Shown in pieces: positions 9,749 to 17,872 of a stretch of 52,694 bases of DNA. The notes below the pieces were generated by a model. It worked only from the letters and a program-made list of their open reading frames with translations, did not search any database and had not been told where the DNA came from. Source of the DNA: Ignavibacteria bacterium. Its GTDB lineage: Bacteria; Bacteroidota; Ignavibacteria; Tepidaquicellales; Tepidaquicellaceae. The stretch is from NCBI GenBank assembly GCA_039925865.1, contig JBDSYA010000213.1, positions 1 through 52,694 of the forward strand, written 5' to 3'. The stretch's first letter is position 1. The number at the start of each line of letters is the position of its first letter. A program made the position numbers and the translations under genes.

Positions 9749-10570
9749 CTAAACTTTTTTTGCGATCCAATATGCCATGATAGTTAAAGGCACAGCGGCT
9801 ACTATATAAGCAACGATCTTTATTCCCTCGCCGGCAAGCAAAATCCCTTCAAATGAATCAGTAACCATATATGCGATTACATATGAGATAAGACTTGCAA
9901 GCGCAAATATAAGTATAGCTGCGGCGAATAAAATTTTAAAAGGAGCTTCACTTTTTGCGGGCCATAAATTTGCATAGACCATTCCTGAAGATGCCTCAAC
10001 TAAAGCGGAATACTGTTCCGATTTATAATTGTAATAAAAGTGATGAAATGGAACGTGTACAAGATTAGATTCAGCAATAGACTCTTCATTAACTCCTGAT
10101 TGTGATAGCCAGCTTTTTGCAGATTCATATAATACATCCGCATCCACAAATTCCTTTGGGTTAAAATCTTTTTTTTGATAGGGTTTTAAATTCCCTGCAG
10201 GGATCTTAATGTTTTTAATTTCGGAAACAGGTGTTGAATGAGCAGGCTGTAAATGTATTTTATCTCCTGATGCATCCTTGGTTTTAAAATACCATAACGG
10301 AAAATAATAAAAATCTGACCGGGTTATCTGCGCGGTTTTATCGAGATCTTTCACATGAAAATTACTTGCCATCCACCTTCGTAAGTTTCCTTCAGCTTGT
10401 TCCTTAGTGAAATTTGAAGTTACAATATAATGGATTACAACTTTCTTTTTGTCAACATATATAGCCGAACCGCAGAATTCACATTCGAAAAATCTTTCGT
10501 CTGTAGGTATTTTATTTTCTCCGCCGCATTGAGGACAGATAATTGTTGGTGATGTAATTAGTTCAGACAA
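9749..10570 (-). CDS. Zinc-ribbon membrane protein (two C-terminal TM helices)
   Basis: TTG start. C12-x2-C15-x14-C30-x2-C33. Motifs YYFPLWYF and HVPFHHF. TM segments FKILFAAAILIFALASLISYVIAYMV and IVAYIVAAVPLTIMAYWIA. Confidence 0.65.
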   Translation of the reverse strand: MSELITSPTIICPQCGGENKIPTDERFFECEFCGSAIYVDKKKVVIHYIVTSNFTKEQAEGNLRRWMASNFHVKDLDKTAQITRSDFYYFPLWYFKTKDASGDKIHLQPAHSTPVSEIKNIKIPAGNLKPYQKKDFNPKEFVDADVLYESAKSWLSQSGVNEESIAESNLVHVPFHHFYYNYKSEQYSALVEASSGMVYANLWPAKSEAPFKILFAAAILIFALASLISYVIAYMVTDSFEGILLAGEGIKIVAYIVAAVPLTIMAYWIAKKV

Positions 10571-10667
10571 ATATTCCGGATTAAATTTCTTTAATAACTT
10601 TAAAGCAAAAATGAATATCTGTTAAAATATTATCTGGGTAATCAATTGATCGAATCTGAAGACGCGC

Positions 10668-11663
10668 TCAAAGTTTTGCAAGCAGCTCTTTTTTCTTTGC
10701 ATCAAACTCTTCCTGGGTAAGCAATCCGGTTTCTTTCATCTTACCTAATTTTTCAATAGCACTCATTATCTCATCTGCGCTCATTTTTTGGACAGGCTGC
10801 TGTTGCTGATTTCCCTGCTGTTGTTGATTTTGCATCTGCTGTCCCATTATATTTGCCATGGTCATACCTGCACCAAGTCCTACACCGGCTCCTGCAAGAC
10901 CTCCGCTTTCATTCTCTGCAGCTTTTTCTATTGCACCTGCAGTTTTAAATTTCATGTAAGCATCGAGATTTCCGACAGCCCCCATCGAACTTCTTTCGTT
11001 GATTTTTTCCTGAACTTCTTCAGGCGGTACTATCCCGACAATAATCAGATCGGTTAACTCAATGCCCATTGCATTGAAAAAGTCCGCAACTTCTGCTTTT
11101 ACACCGGTCTCTATCTGCTGATAAAATTGGCCAAGCTCAAAAACTGTCTTTAGATTTTTTCCAAGGACAGAATTTAAACGTGATACGATTGCATCTCTTA
11201 AATAATCTTCGATCTCATTGGTAGTATAAAGTCCCTGTGTTGAAACTATCTCGATCATGAATTGTCTCGGATCTTTTATCCGTAGAGAAAATTTTCCTGA
11301 AGCTCTCAGCTGTACATATGTCAGCTCTGAATCTTTAAAATTGATTGGTGACTTTGTGCCCCATTTCAGATCAATGAATTTTTTCATTGAAATAAAATAA
11401 ACCTGTGCCTGAAAAGGTGAAGTGCCGCCAAAGGGCAGGCTGATTAACTTTGATAGAAAAGGAATATTTTCTGTAGTAAGGGTATGCCTTCCGGGACCGA
11501 AGACATCTAATGCTTTCCCGTCACGATAAAAAATTGCAGATTGTGAATCCTGCACTATTAATTGTGTACCTAATCTGAAATTAGATGAACCGTCCTGCGG
11601 CTCACGATGAACCAATGCCTTACCTGTTTCATCAAAATATTGTATTACATCTATTAGAGCCAT
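10668..11663 (-). CDS. SPFH/Band-7 protein of the YdjI-like subtype, with Gln-rich linker and C-terminal SHOCT domain
   Basis: N-terminus [14 protein letters not shown]...[35 protein letters not shown] is typical of the Band_7_1 type. Linker [16 protein letters not shown]. Tail [28 protein letters not shown] is SHOCT-like. Confidence 0.85.
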   Translation of the reverse strand: MALIDVIQYFDETGKALVHREPQDGSSNFRLGTQLIVQDSQSAIFYRDGKALDVFGPGRHTLTTENIPFLSKLISLPFGGTSPFQAQVYFISMKKFIDLKWGTKSPINFKDSELTYVQLRASGKFSLRIKDPRQFMIEIVSTQGLYTTNEIEDYLRDAIVSRLNSVLGKNLKTVFELGQFYQQIETGVKAEVADFFNAMGIELTDLIIVGIVPPEEVQEKINERSSMGAVGNLDAYMKFKTAGAIEKAAENESGGLAGAGVGLGAGMTMANIMGQQMQNQQQQGNQQQQPVQKMSADEIMSAIEKLGKMKETGLLTQEEFDAKKKELLAKL

Positions 11664-11710
11664 ATTGTTAAATTTTAAATTTTAAAAATTAAATGATAAT
11701 TGTTAACTTT

Positions 11711-12238
11711 TTATAATTGTTTCAGAAGTTGTTCCCGCTCATCAAATTTTTTTAAAAGATCATCCAGATTATTTGATATCTGAGAAATGTGATTTTTCAA
11801 TTCTTCTTTTGCATTAGCTTTTGATTCCATATCCGCAAAATCTTTATTGACATTTTCTACATAGGTCAGAAGATTAAAATCAAATTCATAAACCCTTGCA
11901 AGCTTGTCTTCTTTGACTTTTGAAATATCGAATGCTCCGCTGTAGCCTCTCGCTGCTGATTTAAACTTTGCGATGGCATTTTCATTTTTTTTCTCAAGTT
12001 TCTCAAGGTCTGAAGTCTCAAATAATTTTCCGTCCTGAGAAAGTTTAAGAATTGTATTTTTTATTTTGGTTTTATTATCCTCAAGTTTATTTGCAAGGCT
12101 GTTCCTGAGAATCGTATCAAGTTCGCGGGAGTTGTCTCTGTTAACATAGCCGTCATAGCCGGGAATGTACCTTTTGATTTTTTCAAGCCACGACTCATTT
12201 GACTTTACCTGTTCTAAATGGGAATTTAAATCACTCAT
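11711..12238 (-). CDS. All-helical coiled-coil protein, first gene of the SPFH/zinc-ribbon module
   Basis: 175 aa, charged heptad-like sequence throughout. Motif YIPGYDGYVNRDNSRELDTILRN. No TM segment and no recognisable catalytic motif. Confidence 0.55.
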   Translation of the reverse strand: MSDLNSHLEQVKSNESWLEKIKRYIPGYDGYVNRDNSRELDTILRNSLANKLEDNKTKIKNTILKLSQDGKLFETSDLEKLEKKNENAIAKFKSAARGYSGAFDISKVKEDKLARVYEFDFNLLTYVENVNKDFADMESKANAKEELKNHISQISNNLDDLLKKFDEREQLLKQL

Positions 12239-12304
12239 GGATTAGTGGGTTTGATTTTTATTCTAAAAAAATTTAATTGTTAAAGAAAATTTAAAGGAGA
12301 TTTA

Positions 12305-12838
12305 ATGGCCACCGAAAAAATTTTCTTGTCTGTTCTTTTATCACTTTTCCTTATTATTCCTTCAAAGAGTAAAAATGAACAGGGCAAATATAGTGAAACC
12401 TCTTATAATTTTCTTGATACAAATATAAATATCAGGGAAGTTATTGATTATACTTTACTGCTATTGCCCGGAGAAGTAACAAAGGTAGAGAAGAAATTCA
12501 AAAAAGATATTCCTATCTGGAAAATTAATATGATCACATCTACGGGTGGATCAATTGAGGTAGAACTTTCCTGTAAAGATAAAAAGTTATTGAATCTGGA
12601 AGCTGATGAAGGTCCATTTGATTATGAGATAATTCCCGATAACGGAATGGTGTCATTTACCGCAGCTAAAAAAACTGCGGAAGAATATACCTCTCAGAAT
12701 ATTTTAAAATGGTGTCTGAAACAAAACCGTGATAAAATGGAATATAACTTCTGGCTTTTTACAAAAACCGGAAAAGCTCAGGTAAAAGTCGATGCAGAAT
12801 CAGGAGATATAGTTACAAAGACGAAAAAGAAAAAATAA
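12305..12838 (+). CDS. Secreted PepSY-like protein
   Basis: GGAG SD. Signal peptide IFLSVLLSLFLIIPSKS. Two PepSY-like units (IWKINMITSTGGSIEVELS...; KAQVKVDAESGDIV). Confidence 0.45.
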   Translation: MATEKIFLSVLLSLFLIIPSKSKNEQGKYSETSYNFLDTNINIREVIDYTLLLLPGEVTKVEKKFKKDIPIWKINMITSTGGSIEVELSCKDKKLLNLEADEGPFDYEIIPDNGMVSFTAAKKTAEEYTSQNILKWCLKQNRDKMEYNFWLFTKTGKAQVKVDAESGDIVTKTKKKK

Positions 12839-12895
12839 TTTCAGGTAAGCTAAATTAAACCTGAATAAATTCTGAGTGATAATGTCGGGATAAAT

Positions 12896-14146
12896 TTACT
12901 CAGCCTTTAGCTTATAATCATATACTTTGCTTTCCTCTCCTGAAGTTACAATATATTTCACTTCGATTTTATGCTCGCCTTTTGAAAGCCTTGTCTGAAA
13001 ATCCGTTTTAGGGTGTCGCTGAGATGTCTGCATGCCGAAGTTTGCAATCTCCCCGGTATTTATGAATTCACTATTGCCGTCCATTTTATAAAAAATATTT
13101 GTTGCAAGATAATCAGTACAGATAAAGACAACCGAATATTCTCCCCCGCCCAGTGCATACATCTGTACATTGATAGGATTTTTTATCATATCACCCAGAG
13201 GTCCCGTCTTATTTAGATTTGTTTCTGTCTGAAGTGTTTTCTGTGCTTCGGTAAGCATATCAGCACTGACAAAATATTCTTTCAATTGCTTATTCGCCGG
13301 AAGAGCAATCATAGCATCGAGATATTTTACCTGCTTATCTCTGTCAAGCATCGAAGCCTGCGGCAGATTAGCATAGGAATATTCAGTGATCAGCATATAG
13401 ATTAATGGTGCTGTAGGATCACCCTCGGCATATATTTTTTCGTAACCTTTGACTCTTTCAGCTCTGTCATCCAGAACTTTTACTTTCATAATTTTAATTA
13501 GCTGATTATTTGAATATTCATCTGAAAGTTTTGTAAAATAATCAATCAGATATTCTTTTCCTTTCACATTTTTCGTAAGCTCGATGTACTGCAGATACGG
13601 ATCGATATAGTTAAGATTAAATTCAAAAAGTTTTTCAAATGCTTTTATCGCATCTTCGTTCAACCCTTTTAGTTTATACAAGACGGCGTTACTGTACCAT
13701 TCCTGTGGAGTCCTCGGACTGCTGATGATCCCGCCGTTAAGATCCACCTGCGTTATCTTTGCAGTTAAGTTGTCGAGCTTGGAATCAATTTTCTTAACAT
13801 CTCCTTTTATCTCTGTTACATCTTCGCCGATCTTCAAAACATCTGTCTGGAGTTTTGAAATAACATCAATGTTGTCAGCGAGATATCCCTGCGCAGGGCC
13901 GGCTTTTGATATTGGAATATAAATCCCCCACATTAAAGCAAATACCGCACATGAGAAAAATGCAGCCACCCATTTTTCTTTATGAATTACCTTACCTTCT
14001 TTTGATTTATAACGAAGAAGTGCTATCCCTGTTATTAATGCTCCTGCTATGGAAATAATGAGGAATATTAAACCAAAATCTGCAAATGGCTTGAGCACAT
14101 CACCGATAAAACCTCCGACAGAACCGATAAGCCCGAGTGGCAGCAA
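12896..14146 (-). CDS. Membrane-anchored protein (2 TM, coiled coil, helical-repeat region, C-terminal beta domain), function unknown
   Basis: TTG start. TM segments FGLIFLIISIAGALITGIALL and VAAFFSCAVFALMWGIYI. Coiled coil TDVLKIGEDVTEIKGDVKKIDSKLDNLTAKI. Beta-rich tail. Confidence 0.5.
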   Translation of the reverse strand: MLPLGLIGSVGGFIGDVLKPFADFGLIFLIISIAGALITGIALLRYKSKEGKVIHKEKWVAAFFSCAVFALMWGIYIPISKAGPAQGYLADNIDVISKLQTDVLKIGEDVTEIKGDVKKIDSKLDNLTAKITQVDLNGGIISSPRTPQEWYSNAVLYKLKGLNEDAIKAFEKLFEFNLNYIDPYLQYIELTKNVKGKEYLIDYFTKLSDEYSNNQLIKIMKVKVLDDRAERVKGYEKIYAEGDPTAPLIYMLITEYSYANLPQASMLDRDKQVKYLDAMIALPANKQLKEYFVSADMLTEAQKTLQTETNLNKTGPLGDMIKNPINVQMYALGGGEYSVVFICTDYLATNIFYKMDGNSEFINTGEIANFGMQTSQRHPKTDFQTRLSKGEHKIEVKYIVTSGEESKVYDYKLKAE

Positions 14147-14409
14147 GTGATTTTCTTAAAAGCGGTTTATACATAGTAAAATTTTTAAATTAAATATTCG
14201 AATTATCACGATGACAACTTACGATAGTTAATAGCTGTATAAAAATTTTGTTATGAAAGTTCTGTAAAATAAATAATTGTCAGAATTTAGAAAGGCGGTG
14301 CCTTTTATCAGATGCAAAAGAGTTAATCCATATTTGGTATCAAAGATTGTTATTCAAAAAAACAAATATTCTGTCAAGTGAATCTATAATGATTCTATAT
14401 TATTTCAGT

Positions 14410-17022
14410 TTATTTCAATTCATCTTTAACTTTCTTCAAAATGTTCATCGCTTCCAGTGGAGTTATATTATTCAGATCAACTTCATTCAGCATTTTCCTC
14501 ATAGCCTCGTCTTTAAATTCAGTCACAGCTGTTTCAAACATGCTTATCTGAAACTGATCCTTATGTTTCCGTTTATATTCTTTGTCTTCAAGAGAACGAA
14601 GTATTTCCTTTGCTCGCTTTGTAACAGAATCGGGCAAACCCGCCATTTGAGCTACCTGGATGCCGTAGCTGTGATCGGCAGTTCCTTCGGTTATCCTTCT
14701 GAGAAAGATTACTTTATCATTAAATTCGCGAACTTCAACTCTGTAATTTTTTATTCTGGGATAAAGATCTGCAAGCGCATTTAATTCATGATAGTGAGTT
14801 GCGAATAAAGTTTTTGCGCTGACGTTTGGATTTTCATGAAGATATTCCGTCATTGCCCATGCTATAGATATTCCGTCATATGTACTAGTTCCTCTGCCTA
14901 TCTCATCCAGCAATATAAGGCTTTTTGGAGTTGCATTATTGAGTATGTTTGCGGCTTCATGCATTTCAACTAAAAAAGTACTTTCACCTTTGGCAATATT
15001 ATCGGAAGCACCTACCCGTGTAAAAATTTTATCGACGATGCCAAGTTTCGCACTCCGGGCGGGTACGAAACATCCTATCTGTCCAAGCAAAACAATTAAA
15101 CCGACCTGTCTCAGGTAGCTTGACTTTCCGCTCATGTTTGGTCCGGTGATGATTATTATCTGATTATCTTTGGTATCGATTGATGTGTCATTTGCAATAT
15201 ACTTTTCGCCTGCCGGTAGCAGCCGTTCAATAACAGGATGACGGCCTTCTTTGATGTCAATGATATCCGATTCGTTGATCTCAGGCAAAACGTATTTATA
15301 AGCATCTGAAACTTCCGCAAAACTGATTAATGTATCTATCGTTGCAATTATCATTGCATTCTTCTGAATATTTTCTGTGTATTCCAGAATACTATTTCTC
15401 ATTTCCAGAAAAATTTTTTTTTCAAGATCATTTATTTTTTCTTCAGCATTGAGAATTTTATCTTCATAAATTTTAAGTTCATCTGTTATATATCTCTCTG
15501 CATTTACAAGGGTCTGCTTTCTAATATATTCAGGCGGTGCTTTGTCGAGATTTGCCTTGGTAATTTCAATATAATATCCAAACACATTATTGAAATCTAC
15601 TTTCAGTGAATTTATCCCTGTTCTTTTCCTCTCTTTACTCTGAAAGTTTTCGATCCAGGTTTTTCCGTTTATCAAAATATCTTTTATCTCATCGAGGTCG
15701 CTGCTGTAGCCCTTATTGATTACTCCGTAATTATCAATTCCACTGGTGAAGTTTTCATTTATACAGGATTCTATTTTTATAATGAGTTCGTTTATTTCAA
15801 TGAGATTATTGCTCAATGACTGTACTGAGGCGGAAGAAAATTTTTGAAGCATCTCCTTAATAAGGATAATTTTTTTCAAAGATATCTTTAACTGAATAAT
15901 GTCTCTTGCGACAGCCTTTCCGGTTGATACTTTTGAAAGTAATCTTTCCAGATCAGCGATAGATTTCATTTCCTCAATAACTTTTTTTCTTTCGTTCTTC
16001 CGGTCAAAGAAATCTTTCACAGAGTTCAGTCTTTTTTGGATCAGATCAATTTTTTTCAGAGGACGCGAAACCCATTTCTTTAAAAGTCTTCCGCCCATTG
16101 CTGTCTGCGTCCGGTCTAAAATGGAAATGAGAGTTCCTTCACGGCTTCCCTCAGACATTGAAGTTGTGATCTCGAGATTTCTTTTCGTTGACGGATCGAG
16201 AATAATGTAGTCTGTATAATCATAATTGTAAATTTTTTTTATGTGGATCAGATTGGATTTCTGAGTTTCATTAAGATAATTCATGACACAGCCCGCAGAA
16301 ATAATTCCTTCGCGCATATCATCAATCCCAAAACCTTTTAATGAATGTGTTCCGAAATGATTTGTAAGAACCTCTCGTGCATAGTCAGGATTAAAAACCC
16401 AGTCATCGACTTTTGTAAAAAAAAATTTATTTTTTTGCTCGTTGAAAGATGCGTCAGGATCGTAATGAAGTGCTTTAAAGACTTTCTCTTTTTCTCTTTT
16501 TGAAATTAATATTTCAGAAGGGTTGATAATATCAATCTGTTCTTCCAGTGACCTTATATGAACTTCAGATGCAGCAAACTCGCCTGTTGAAACATCACAA
16601 AATGAAAATCCGCAAATATCATCTTTAATATAAATTGCAGCCAGAAAATTGTTGGATTTGTGATCAAGTAATTTTTCCGAAAAGTTAGCTCCGGGAGTTA
16701 CAACTTCGATCACGTCGCGTTTGACAATGCCTTTTGAAAATTTCGGATCTTCAAGCTGCTCGCACACTGCAACCCTGTAACCGCTTTTGACAAGCTTAGG
16801 CAGGTAATTATCAAGCGCATGATGAGGAAATCCGGCAAGCGGAACTTCTGAAGCCGCTCCATTTGATCTTTTTGTTAAAGTAATTCCAAGGACCTTTGAT
16901 GTGATCACCGCATCTTCTTCAAAAGTTTCAAAGAAATCACCCATCCTGAACAGTAATATAGTATCGGGATATTTTTCTTTGATCTTCCGGTATTGCTTCA
17001 TTAAAGGAGTTTCGTCTTTCAT
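14410..17022 (-). CDS. mutS: DNA mismatch repair protein MutS
   Basis: N-terminus TPLMKQYRKIKEKYPDTILLFRMGDFFETF. Walker A ITGPNMSGKSSYLRQ. Also STFLVEM, LLDEIGRGTSTYDG and THYHEL. Confidence 0.95.
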   Translation of the reverse strand: MKDETPLMKQYRKIKEKYPDTILLFRMGDFFETFEEDAVITSKVLGITLTKRSNGAASEVPLAGFPHHALDNYLPKLVKSGYRVAVCEQLEDPKFSKGIVKRDVIEVVTPGANFSEKLLDHKSNNFLAAIYIKDDICGFSFCDVSTGEFAASEVHIRSLEEQIDIINPSEILISKREKEKVFKALHYDPDASFNEQKNKFFFTKVDDWVFNPDYAREVLTNHFGTHSLKGFGIDDMREGIISAGCVMNYLNETQKSNLIHIKKIYNYDYTDYIILDPSTKRNLEITTSMSEGSREGTLISILDRTQTAMGGRLLKKWVSRPLKKIDLIQKRLNSVKDFFDRKNERKKVIEEMKSIADLERLLSKVSTGKAVARDIIQLKISLKKIILIKEMLQKFSSASVQSLSNNLIEINELIIKIESCINENFTSGIDNYGVINKGYSSDLDEIKDILINGKTWIENFQSKERKRTGINSLKVDFNNVFGYYIEITKANLDKAPPEYIRKQTLVNAERYITDELKIYEDKILNAEEKINDLEKKIFLEMRNSILEYTENIQKNAMIIATIDTLISFAEVSDAYKYVLPEINESDIIDIKEGRHPVIERLLPAGEKYIANDTSIDTKDNQIIIITGPNMSGKSSYLRQVGLIVLLGQIGCFVPARSAKLGIVDKIFTRVGASDNIAKGESTFLVEMHEAANILNNATPKSLILLDEIGRGTSTYDGISIAWAMTEYLHENPNVSAKTLFATHYHELNALADLYPRIKNYRVEVREFNDKVIFLRRITEGTADHSYGIQVAQMAGLPDSVTKRAKEILRSLEDKEYKRKHKDQFQISMFETAVTEFKDEAMRKMLNEVDLNNITPLEAMNILKKVKDELK

Positions 17023-17055
17023 GCGTTAGCAGCAGGGTTTACAAACAAGGTAAGC

Positions 17056-17097
17056 AAAATACAAATCTAAAATCTAAAATCACAAATTTAAAATCAA
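17056..17097. repeat. Six degenerate heptads (AAATCTA-like)
   Basis: Reads aaaatac aaatcta aaatcta aaatcac aaattta aaatcaa, between the sigma-gene stop and the mutS start. Confidence 0.6.
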
Positions 17098-17120
17098 TCG
17101 ATTCTCATATCTGAGATCGA
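17098..17120 (-). terminator. Possible intrinsic terminator or attenuator after the sigma gene
   Basis: Minus strand TCGATCTCA-GATA-TGAGAATCGA (9 bp, one bulge), followed by TTGATTTTAAATTT. Confidence 0.4.
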
Positions 17121-17127
17121 AAATTGT

Positions 17128-17739
17128 TCAATAATTTTTTATTTTCTCTTTAAGGTATTTATTAAGGAGTTCTCTACCGCGGAATATATGAGCCTTTATA
17201 GTGCCAAGAGGCAGCTTCATTTTTTTTGCAATTTCTTCGTACTCAAGTTCTTTCTTGTGCCTTAAAACAATTACATCCCTGTATTTTTTCGGAAGAGATC
17301 TGATGGCTTCATCAAGAATTTCTTTCATTTGGTTATTCATGATCTGCTTATCCGGTTTATTTTCATGATCCGGGATCTCAAATCTATATTCACTGTCATC
17401 AGACTCAATGTCCTTATCAATGGAAAATGTTGCAAGTCTTTTTTTTCTTAAATAATCAATTGCGTTATTTGTTGCGATCTTAAAAAGCCATGTGGAGAAA
17501 GAGAATTGCTTGTCAAAATTATGTAGAGAATTAAATGCTTTTATGAATGCCTCCTGAGTAAGATCTTCCACATCTTCTTTTTTTGAGATCATCCGGTAAA
17601 CAAGATTGTAAATAAGCTGGTAATATTTTTTCATCAGCTTTTCATATGAGGCTTGTTTGCCTGAAAGGGCATCTTCGATTAGAATAATATCATCGGCTTT
17701 TGATTTACTGTAAAACTTAACGGGATTTTCGATTTTCAT
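17128..17739 (-). CDS. ECF-type RNA polymerase sigma-70 factor
   Basis: Region 2 (EDLTQEAFIKAF...FSTWLFKIATNNAIDYLRKK) and region 4 (YRDVIVLRHKKELEYEEIAKKMKLPLGTIKAHIFRGR). Confidence 0.85.
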   Translation of the reverse strand: MKIENPVKFYSKSKADDIILIEDALSGKQASYEKLMKKYYQLIYNLVYRMISKKEDVEDLTQEAFIKAFNSLHNFDKQFSFSTWLFKIATNNAIDYLRKKRLATFSIDKDIESDDSEYRFEIPDHENKPDKQIMNNQMKEILDEAIRSLPKKYRDVIVLRHKKELEYEEIAKKMKLPLGTIKAHIFRGRELLNKYLKEKIKNY

Positions 17740-17872
17740 TAATTACTGAGGGGGTTGTGGGGTCTACAAAAATTAACATTAGGTTCAGCAAAAATTACAT
17801 CTATTAGAAACGAATATCAATAAAGAAATATGCATTTGACGTTCATGTTTTATTTTTTACTTTATTAAAGTT

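Noticed and set aside
10641-10650. 10-bp perfect palindrome ATCAATTGAT in the SPFH/ribbon-gene spacer
   Set aside because: It is short, AT-rich and unextended, so it is plausibly chance. No second copy was seen in the module.
12840-12865. TTCAGGT...ACCTGAA hairpin between the PepSY gene and the convergent 416-aa gene
   Set aside because: It has a 7-bp stem, a 12-nt loop and no U-tract, which is insufficient for a terminator call.
14347-14784. 145-aa + strand ORF overlapping the mutS 3' end. Similar antisense ORFs occur at 22345-22758, 40583-41023, 41380-41817 and 49742-50218.
   Set aside because: All are embedded antisense in strongly supported genes (mutS, TPM gene, murF, ftsA). Their Ser/Phe/Ile-rich sequences are typical of AT-rich shadow frames.
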